Source of the DNA: Gemmatimonadales bacterium
GTDB lineage: Bacteria > Gemmatimonadota > Gemmatimonadetes > Gemmatimonadales > GWC2-71-9
DNA length: 64,000 nucleotides
NCBI GenBank assembly: GCA_036499125.1
Contig: DASYEH010000014.1
Location: 187,398-251,397 of the forward strand
Direction: 5' to 3'
The notes under the pieces were generated by a model that saw only the letters and a program-made list of their open reading frames with translations, searched no databases and was not told where the DNA came from. Position 1 is the first letter of the stretch, and every line of letters starts with the position of its first letter. Positions 45,525 through 52,452 of this stretch are shown here, in pieces. The position numbers and the translations under genes are program-made.

Positions 45525-45613
45525 ATGGCTGATGGCAGATGGCAGATGGATGCACTTGTGCAGAACGCTGCGGAGTCGGGCCGACGCAGCCATTAGCCAT
45601 CAGCCATCAGCCC
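45525..45613. repeat. Inverted arrays of the heptamer ATGGCTG/CAGCCAT flanking an inner hairpin (cheA-cheC intergenic)
   Basis: Left arm: atggctg atggcag atggcag atggatg (45525-45552). Right arm: cagccat tagccat cagccat cagccc (45587-45613). Inner stem GCTGCG/CGCAGC (about 45568-45590). Confidence 0.85.
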
Positions 45614-45635
45614 AAAAACAATCCGGAGAACGCGC

Positions 45636-46259
45636 ATGACCTCACAGACGAACGACCTCGACAGCCTCCGCCGCGACGCGCTCGGCGAAGTCGCCACCAT
45701 CGGTGCAGGACACGCCGCGACGGCGCTGTCGCAGCTCACCGATCGACGGATCATGATCTCGGTGCCGCACGTCCATCGGATGTCGTACGCCGAAGTGCCG
45801 TCGATGGCCGGTGTCTTCGGCGATCACATCGCCGTGGTCGCGATGCGGATGCTGGGCGACCTCACCGGCCGGGCGCTGCTGATCTTCGGTGAACGCGATG
45901 CCACCCGTCTCTGCGACCTGATCCTGCGCCGCCCGCCCGGCCCGCCGCGGGTGCTCGGTGAGCTGGAGCAGTCGGGACTCAAGGAGGTTGGCAACATCGT
46001 CTGCTCGGCGTACCTGACAGCGCTCAGCAACTTCATGGGGATGATGCTCCTGCCGTCGGTGCCTTCGTTGACAATCGGGCCGACTGATCACGCCGTGGCT
46101 GCGACAGTGGACGCGGCTGAGGCAAGCAGCGATCTGGTGTTCTGCGTCGACACGGCGTTTCGTGCCGAGGGCGCGGAGGACCCGCTGACTGGCGCGTTTC
46201 TGCTGATGCCCGATCAGGCATCAGTGCGCGCCATCCTCGAGGCGATCCGGCTCGACTGA
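45636..46259 (+). CDS. cheC: CheC-family CheY-P phosphatase
   Basis: GGAGA RBS. Two CheC repeats: DALGEVATIGAGHA...(22 aa)P and SGLKEVGNIVCSAY...(22 aa)P. Only the second keeps the E-x2-N consensus. Confidence 0.8.
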   Translation: MTSQTNDLDSLRRDALGEVATIGAGHAATALSQLTDRRIMISVPHVHRMSYAEVPSMAGVFGDHIAVVAMRMLGDLTGRALLIFGERDATRLCDLILRRPPGPPRVLGELEQSGLKEVGNIVCSAYLTALSNFMGMMLLPSVPSLTIGPTDHAVAATVDAAEASSDLVFCVDTAFRAEGAEDPLTGAFLLMPDQASVRAILEAIRLD

Positions 46260-46260
46260 G

Positions 46261-47394
46261 ATGCCGGCGGCACGCTCTCGCGACGCGCAGATCGTCGCTG
46301 CACTGGGGCGCCGTCTGGCTGCGGCCGACGCAACCACGCTCACCAACTTCGCGTGGTTCGCGGCGCGGCGTGGTGCCCATCCCGCTGCCCTCGAGGCGGC
46401 TCGACGAGCCGTCACGCACGGTGACGCACCCCGGGCCGCATGGCGCGCATTGGAGCGGCTGGCGGCCGGCCGCACGGATGGCATGCTGCTCACTGCCGAC
46501 GCCGCCGAGCCTGCGGCGCCTGAGCCACCCCGCAACCCGCTCGCAGCAGCCGTGTCAGCCCACGCCCAGGGCCAGCTCGCCGTGGCCGAGGCATGCTATC
46601 TCGCCGCGCTGCCGCAGGACGCGCTGGCCGCCGCTGCATCAAACGGGCTGGCTGTGTTGCACGAGCAGCGTCGTGAGCGCGCCGCCGCCGACGCCGCCTG
46701 GCAGCACTCCGTCGCCGAGGGCAACGTGGCCGGCCGGCATAACCAGGCGTTGGCAATGCTGCGGCGGGGATTGCCACATCGAGCTCGGGCCAACCTCGCA
46801 CCGCTGGTCGTCGGCGCTGGCGCGCCCGCCGTGCTGCGCTTCCTGGCGGGGTACGCCGCGCTCGCTGACCAGGATCCCCATGCGGCGATCGCCATCCTGA
46901 CGACCCCCGGGCTCGACGAATCGGCGCGGGCACAGTTCACGCTCGGACTCGCGTGTGAGCGACTGGGCCGGCATGACGAGGCGCTGGTCGCCATCCGCCG
47001 CGCACTGCTGATGTCGCCCTGGTACGCACCGCAAGTCTGGTTGCTGCAGGCGACCGCCGACGCAGCGCTGACGGAAATTCCGGCGGACCTGGGCGAGTCG
47101 GGCGCGCTGGCGCACACCGCCGATGTGCTGCTGTCACTGGGCCGGTCATTGCTGCAGACCGGACACCTGGGCGAAGCACTTGCCGTGTTCGATCAGGTCC
47201 TGACGCAGCAGCCGTCCGAGCCCGCAGCCCTCTTTCATCGCGGCGTCGTGCTGGCCAAGCTGCGGCGATACGGCGAAGCACTTGACGACTGGGAACGCGC
47301 CGGACAGGCTGATCCCGCCAGTGAACTTGGCGACGCGAGCCTGCGGCATGCGCGCTCGGCGCGGCAACTCGCCACGCTGTTCGCGAGTCGCTGA
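46261..47394 (+). CDS. TPR-repeat protein
   Basis: Starts 1 nt after the cheC stop. Ala/Leu-rich helical repeats, with recognisable TPR units near the C-terminus (LGRSLLQTGHLGEALAVFDQVLTQQPSEPAALFHRGVVLAKLRRYGEALDDWERA). Confidence 0.6.
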   Translation: MPAARSRDAQIVAALGRRLAAADATTLTNFAWFAARRGAHPAALEAARRAVTHGDAPRAAWRALERLAAGRTDGMLLTADAAEPAAPEPPRNPLAAAVSAHAQGQLAVAEACYLAALPQDALAAAASNGLAVLHEQRRERAAADAAWQHSVAEGNVAGRHNQALAMLRRGLPHRARANLAPLVVGAGAPAVLRFLAGYAALADQDPHAAIAILTTPGLDESARAQFTLGLACERLGRHDEALVAIRRALLMSPWYAPQVWLLQATADAALTEIPADLGESGALAHTADVLLSLGRSLLQTGHLGEALAVFDQVLTQQPSEPAALFHRGVVLAKLRRYGEALDDWERAGQADPASELGDASLRHARSARQLATLFASR

Positions 47395-47395
47395 G

Positions 47396-48322
47396 ATGCA
47401 CGGGCCGCTGGATGAAATCGGCTTGATCGAAGTGCTGCAGTTGCTGCAGCGGGGACGGCGCAGCGGCGTACTCCGCGTGAGCGGGGCCGACGTCGACTTG
47501 CCGCATGACATCGTCATTGCCGAAGGCCTGATCGTCGCGCTCCTCCCGGAAGCCGGTGACGCTGCCACTCTTGCCGCCCTCGCGGCGCGCCACCTGGTCA
47601 CCAGCAGCGAGACCGCCGATGATCCGCTCCTGCTGGCCCAGCCGGCGGCGGCCGACGCGCGGGGGCAACTCGCTCGGCACGCGCTCGCCACCATGATGCA
47701 CTGGCAACGTGGCCGGTTCGACTTTGCCGAAACACCGCCCGCCGCCGGTCCGCTGTCGCTTTCGCCGGAAGCGCTGGTGTTCGACCTGGTGAGTGCCGAG
47801 AGCCAACGTGTCGAACTCGCCGAGGCCCTCAACGATTTTCACGCGGTCCCTGACTTTGTCGCCGATGACCTGCTGGCCCAGGGGGCAATCCCGGAGCTGA
47901 CGCCGCGTGACTGGCGCATCCTCGACGCGATCGACGGTCGTCGCGACGTCGCAGCGGTCGCGGCTGCCGTCGCCGAGCCGATCGCGGAGGTAGCGGCCCA
48001 GATTCAGGCGCTGCAGGCTGCCGCTATACTTGAGCTCCGTCGGCCAGCCGCCGACGGCGGCGTGGCGGCCCGGGCGGCGATCGAAGCGGGACGGTACGAG
48101 GAGGCAGCCACCTTGCTGCGTGCCCGGCTCGCGGAACACGGTGGCGACGGTGAAATGTGGCGCGCACTCGGACTCGCCGAAGTGGGCGCAGGGCGATTCG
48201 AACACGCCATCGACGCGTGGCAGACCTGGCGCGATGCTGATCCCGGTCGTGCCGGGGACGCTGTTGCACTGATGCAGGCGGCCCGGACCATGGTGGAGGC
48301 ACTGCGCGACGCTCGTGAATGA
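47396..48322 (+). CDS. PATAN/DUF4388 domain protein with C-terminal TPR-like region
   Basis: ATG lies 1 nt after the upstream stop. The N-terminus GPLDEIGLIEVLQLLQRGRRSGVLRV fits the DUF4388 signature (G-L-x3-L-x-D/E-hLQ-x-h-x4-G-x-L). The C-terminus has RYEEAATLLRARL... helices. Confidence 0.65.
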   Translation: MHGPLDEIGLIEVLQLLQRGRRSGVLRVSGADVDLPHDIVIAEGLIVALLPEAGDAATLAALAARHLVTSSETADDPLLLAQPAAADARGQLARHALATMMHWQRGRFDFAETPPAAGPLSLSPEALVFDLVSAESQRVELAEALNDFHAVPDFVADDLLAQGAIPELTPRDWRILDAIDGRRDVAAVAAAVAEPIAEVAAQIQALQAAAILELRRPAADGGVAARAAIEAGRYEEAATLLRARLAEHGGDGEMWRALGLAEVGAGRFEHAIDAWQTWRDADPGRAGDAVALMQAARTMVEALRDARE

Positions 48323-49064
48323 CCTGCCCGCAACCCCCGGACGTCACGGCTTCGCCTTTCTTGAACTCGGCGAACGTCTGCGCCAGCGTGGCCAGTTCGC
48401 GGCGGCGGCGTCGGTCGCGTCGGCCGGACTGAGCCGATATCCCTCGGTGGCCGACGCCCACGATCTGCTGGCCCGGATTCGCGCCGACCAGGGCGACGAT
48501 GCCGGCGCCGTCGCCGCGTGGCATGCCGCGCTGGAATGCGATCCGGTGCACATCGGCGCGCGAAAGGGACTCGCCTTCGTCGCGTTCCGGGCTCACGACT
48601 TCGTCAATGCAGAGCGCCATCTCGACCTCGCCGCAACGCAGGCGCCCCACGACGCATCGGTCCTGGCGGCACTTGACCGGGTGCGCGCCGCAGCACGGCA
48701 GCGCCCCGGCGACGAATCGCCGGAGCCGGGCGATCCTGGCAGCGGGCTGATCCTCTACGACATGCAAGGGCTTCGGCTTGCCGGCAGCATTGACCAGGAC
48801 AGCGACGATGCGGACGCTGACGCGGCGGCCGCGACGGGCGCCGGACTCACCAGTGAATCGGTCCGGGTGGCCCGCCTGCTGCAGCTCGGCGCGGTCCGCC
48901 ATCTCATCATCGAGGCGGCCGACGCTCGCGTCATCATGATGCCACTCACCGCCGACGCCGCGTTGCTGCTCCATCGCGGGGCTACAACACCGCTGGGCCG
49001 TCTGCTGGCTCTTGGCTCGCGCGCAACGGTCGCTGCCCGGGCGTGGCTGGAGCGAATGGCATGA
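48315..49064 (+). CDS. TPR N-terminal half fused to a Roadblock/LC7 (MglB-like) C-terminal half
   Basis: 8-nt overlap. The N-terminal half has TPR-like helices. The C-terminal half (GLILYDMQGLRLAGS...VRHLIIEAADARVIMMPLTADAALLL) follows the Roadblock alpha-beta pattern. Domain call made by eye only. Confidence 0.55.
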   Translation: MNDLPATPGRHGFAFLELGERLRQRGQFAAAASVASAGLSRYPSVADAHDLLARIRADQGDDAGAVAAWHAALECDPVHIGARKGLAFVAFRAHDFVNAERHLDLAATQAPHDASVLAALDRVRAAARQRPGDESPEPGDPGSGLILYDMQGLRLAGSIDQDSDDADADAAAATGAGLTSESVRVARLLQLGAVRHLIIEAADARVIMMPLTADAALLLHRGATTPLGRLLALGSRATVAARAWLERMA

Positions 49065-49414
49065 GCATCGCTCGCTGGGAGAATGCCTTGCGTGAAGTGA
49101 CGCGCGTACCGGGTGTGCTGGGCGCGCTGATCATCTCTGCTGACGACGGTCTGGTGGTTGCTGAGTCGTCCATGGATGAACTTGCGACCGCCGACGTGGC
49201 AGCCTTGTCGGCAGCACTGATTCTTCGCGCGTCGCGCTGCATGAGCGCGATGGGGAAGGGCGCCCCCGGGAGCGTGCACCTGGTCGGCGACGCTGGCGCA
49301 CTCCTGGCCGTCGCTGGCCCGGCACCGCTCTGGCTGGTGGCCGTCGCGCATGGCGACGCCGAACTCGGCCGCGTGCGCTTGTTGTTGCGCGACTTTGCCG
49401 TGGTGCTCGCCTGA
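49061..49414 (+). CDS. Roadblock/LC7 domain protein (MglB-like)
   Basis: ATGA overlap. VPGVLGALIISADDGLVVAES...ADVAALSAAL...LVGDAGALLAV...LWLVAVAH, and the size (117 aa), fit Roadblock/LC7. Confidence 0.7.
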   Translation: MSIARWENALREVTRVPGVLGALIISADDGLVVAESSMDELATADVAALSAALILRASRCMSAMGKGAPGSVHLVGDAGALLAVAGPAPLWLVAVAHGDAELGRVRLLLRDFAVVLA

Positions 49415-49881
49415 TGCGCGTGCTGGAGCCATGGGTCACGGCACCGTTGACCGAGTTCCTGCGAGAATCGTCGGCCCGGCTCGCACTGGTGATGACCAGT
49501 TCGGGACAAGTCATCGCACAGCACGGGTTCACCCGGTCGGTTGATGTCATGTCGGCGGCCGCGCTGGGTGCCGGCATTCTCGCTACCACAACCGAGATCG
49601 CGACGATGGTCGACGCGCCCGCCGGATTCGGCGCGGTCGTGCACCAGGGTGCAGCGCAGGGGATCTGGCTCGCCGGATTCGACACCCCGCGCGGGCGGTG
49701 GATCGGACTGGTAGTCTTTGGCCCCGAGTCGACGGTCGGGTTGGTGCGAATGTTCTTCGCCCGGTTTGCCGAACAGGTGGCGGCGGCGACGCCCGCCGTG
49801 GTGCCGGTCCGCGATGTCCTCGCTGAGGGCTTCGAGCGCGAGCTCGACGACTCGCTGCGCGCCCTGTTCGGGAGCCGTTGA
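49414..49881 (+). CDS. Roadblock/LC7-like protein (divergent, third consecutive copy)
   Basis: TGATG overlap. ARLALVMTSSGQVIAQHG...DVMSAAALGAGILATT...GIWLAGFDT...IGLVVFG shows the same strand/helix periodicity as the preceding gene. Confidence 0.5.
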   Translation: MRVLEPWVTAPLTEFLRESSARLALVMTSSGQVIAQHGFTRSVDVMSAAALGAGILATTTEIATMVDAPAGFGAVVHQGAAQGIWLAGFDTPRGRWIGLVVFGPESTVGLVRMFFARFAEQVAAATPAVVPVRDVLAEGFERELDDSLRALFGSR

Positions 49882-49883
49882 CG

Positions 49884-50489
49884 ATGGCACGCATGGATGA
49901 AGCGCAACGTGACCTGACACTCACCGTGGTGGTGTACGGTGCGCCGCGGGTCGGCAAGACGTCCATCTTGCACTGCATTCAGGACCGGGTCGCGCCGGAG
50001 CGGCGCACCGGGCTGTCACCGCTCGGCACCGACTCCGGAGTGGCCACACTGCTCGACTGGCTGCCGCTGGAACTCGGTACGATCGGCGGCTGGAACGCGC
50101 GGGTCCACCTGTACGCCATTCCGGATCAGCGGCACGCGGATTCGACGCGACGGGTCATCCTGGGCGACGCGGATGGCGTGCTCTTCGCCGCCGACGCGCA
50201 GGCCAACCGCAGTGGGGATAACCTCGACGCGTTGCGCAGTCTGCAGAGCAATCTCGAGGATGCCGATGGCCTGCTGCGTCAGGTTCCGACCGTGTTCATG
50301 TACACCAAGCATGACTTGCCGGCCGAGCTGCTGCTGTCACGACCGGCGCTTGACCAGGAGCTGAACCCCGCCGACGCGCCGAGCTTTTCCGTCAGTGCGC
50401 TGCGCGGCGAGGGCGTGCTGGAAGCCTTGCACGCGACCATCAGCATGGTGATGCGGCGCCTGGTTGGCCCCGGAACGCGAGCCTCGTGA
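49884..50489 (+). CDS. MglA-like Ras-superfamily small GTPase
   Basis: G1 GAPRVGKTS, G3-equivalent LYAIPDQ (MglA has TVPGQ), G4 TKHD, G5 SALRGEG. ATG 49884 has a GGGAG-like RBS; TTG 49878 (TTGA overlap) is the alternative. Confidence 0.75.
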   Translation: MARMDEAQRDLTLTVVVYGAPRVGKTSILHCIQDRVAPERRTGLSPLGTDSGVATLLDWLPLELGTIGGWNARVHLYAIPDQRHADSTRRVILGDADGVLFAADAQANRSGDNLDALRSLQSNLEDADGLLRQVPTVFMYTKHDLPAELLLSRPALDQELNPADAPSFSVSALRGEGVLEALHATISMVMRRLVGPGTRAS

Positions 50490-50490
50490 C

Positions 50491-52452
50491 ATGGCGCTCC
50501 TGAATCCGCACGCGCGGTTCGCGTCGTTCGTCGTCGGCTCGTCCAATCGGCTGGCAGCCACGGCCGCCAAGACGGTGGCCGAGGCGCCCGGCGCCGCGTA
50601 CAACCCGCTCTTCTTCTATGCCCGGCCCGGCCTGGGCAAGACGCACCTGCTCAGCGCAATCGGGCACGAAGCGCAGACGATCGATCCGTCACGCGTGGTG
50701 GAATACGTCACGGTCGATGACTTCGTCGAGGCATACCACACTGCGCTCGCGGCGGGACAGGCTGAGGCGTATCGGCGTCGCTTCACCGACGCCCATCTCG
50801 TGCTCCTCGATGACGCTCAGCTGCTCAGCGATCAACGTGAGCTGCAATCCGAGTTGCTCCGGCTGATTGACCTGCTGATGGCAGCCGATCGCCAGATCGT
50901 CCTGGCGAGCGACCGTCCGCCGGAAGAGATCCAGTCGCTCGACGAGCGGCTGATCCGTCGCTTTGCCGGCGGACTGGTCATCGACATTGGCGCGCCGGAC
51001 TATGAAACGCGACTCGCAATCCTGGCCCGCCGGGCGACGGAACGACAGACGACCTTTGCGCCGGAGGTGCTGGCCACCGTCGCGGAACTGCCGATTACGA
51101 CCGTCCGGGAACTGCTCGGTGCGCTGAACCGCCTGATTGCCCAGCAGGCGGTCGCGGGTGCGCCGGTGGGTGTCGCCGAAGCGCGCCGAGTGCTGGCTGC
51201 ACTGGGCCATGGCAAGGCCTCACCAGCGCCGGTTCTGGCTGACCTCGATCTGCTCCCGCCACCCGCCGCACCGGGGATCCACGAAGAGTTCACGTCATTC
51301 CTGTCGGACGTGTCCACGGCCGTCTCGCAGCAGGTGGATCGTTGGCGGCAGCGGGTCACCGAAGCGGCGTTGCGTCTTGGGGGCGAAGGATTCCACACCG
51401 GCCGCCTTGATGCGCTCCTCGCCCGCGAGATTGCCGTCGATCCGGCCGCTGCGCTGGCCGCATTCGAGGCCGATGTCGATCTGCTTCGACAGTTGCAGGC
51501 AGAGATCGCGCTGCTGGCGCCGACGCTGCTGATGGAGGCGGCGCTGCATGATCCCGATCGGGTCGCGGAGGCCGAACTGCTGGTGGTCGAGGCGCGCGAA
51601 AGCGGCGAGCCGTTACCGGCGCCGCTGGCGCGGTACACCCTCGCACAGTTCGCCGAAGGAAGCGGCACGCGGCCCGTGGTTGAAGCGATCCGGACCGTCG
51701 CCGAAGGCCCGGGGCAGCGTTACAACCCGCTGGTGATCGTCGGCAAGTCGGGCGTGGGCAAGACGCACTTGCTCCATGCGTTGGGCCACGCGCTCAAGGC
51801 AACCGGGCTCAATCGGGTCGCCGTGTTTGACGGCAAGGATTTTGTCGACGGCCTGGTCACCGCACTGGGTGATGGCACGATTGCCCGGTGGCGGCAGCGG
51901 TTGCGGCGAGCTGATGCATTCCTGCTCGACGATGTCGGCGTGCTTGCCGGGAAGGAACGCAGTCAGGAAGAGTTGTACCTGCTGTACAACCTGATGCTCG
52001 AGTCCGGTCGGCAGATGGCATTCACCGCCAGCGTGACGCCGGCGCACCTCACTGGCTTCGAACCCCGACTGGCGACGCGCTTGGCCGGCGGGCTGGTGGT
52101 GGAACTCGGTCCGCCTGATCGCGACGCCCGCATTCATGAGGCCACGCGCCTGCTCGGCGTTGGTGTCGCTGATCCCGACCTGATCGAGTATCTCGCTGCG
52201 CGGCCGGCCGGCTCGCTGCGCGAACTGCAGCAGCTGATTCAGCGCCTGGTCGCTGCGGCGGAGCAGCGAGAAACGGCGCTGACGATGGACGTGGCACGCG
52301 CCATCCTCGAAGGCAATCGCGTCGCCATCGTCCGCCAGCCGCGGCGCAGCAGCGGATTGCTGGCGCCCGGCAGTGGTGCCATTCGTTCGCGCGAGAAGAT
52401 GATCGAGACGTGGCCGGACATCTCCGAACGCATGCTTGAGGAGTGGACCTGA
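50491..52452 (+). CDS. Protein with two tandem DnaA-type (domain III) AAA+ ATPase modules and no DnaA domain IV
   Basis: Module 1: NPLFFYARPGLGKTHLL, VLLDDAQLLSDQRELQ, IVLASDRPPEEI, RLIRRFAGGLV, TVRELLGAL. Module 2: NPLVIVGKSGVGKTHLL, FLLDDVGVLAGKERSQEEL, RLATRLAGGLV, SLRELQQL. Linker of about 170 aa. No DnaA-signature HTH at the C-terminus. Confidence 0.8.
   Translation: MALLNPHARFASFVVGSSNRLAATAAKTVAEAPGAAYNPLFFYARPGLGKTHLLSAIGHEAQTIDPSRVVEYVTVDDFVEAYHTALAAGQAEAYRRRFTDAHLVLLDDAQLLSDQRELQSELLRLIDLLMAADRQIVLASDRPPEEIQSLDERLIRRFAGGLVIDIGAPDYETRLAILARRATERQTTFAPEVLATVAELPITTVRELLGALNRLIAQQAVAGAPVGVAEARRVLAALGHGKASPAPVLADLDLLPPPAAPGIHEEFTSFLSDVSTAVSQQVDRWRQRVTEAALRLGGEGFHTGRLDALLAREIAVDPAAALAAFEADVDLLRQLQAEIALLAPTLLMEAALHDPDRVAEAELLVVEARESGEPLPAPLARYTLAQFAEGSGTRPVVEAIRTVAEGPGQRYNPLVIVGKSGVGKTHLLHALGHALKATGLNRVAVFDGKDFVDGLVTALGDGTIARWRQRLRRADAFLLDDVGVLAGKERSQEELYLLYNLMLESGRQMAFTASVTPAHLTGFEPRLATRLAGGLVVELGPPDRDARIHEATRLLGVGVADPDLIEYLAARPAGSLRELQQLIQRLVAAAEQRETALTMDVARAILEGNRVAIVRQPRRSSGLLAPGSGAIRSREKMIETWPDISERMLEEWT

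Noticed and set aside
50491-52452. Whether this is the chromosomal replication initiator dnaA, and the window therefore contains oriC.
   Set aside because: There is no DnaA domain IV, no dnaN/recF/gyrB neighbours, and I saw no TTATCCACA-like box clusters or AT-rich unwinding element in the flanks. The gene is embedded by overlaps in a signalling cluster.
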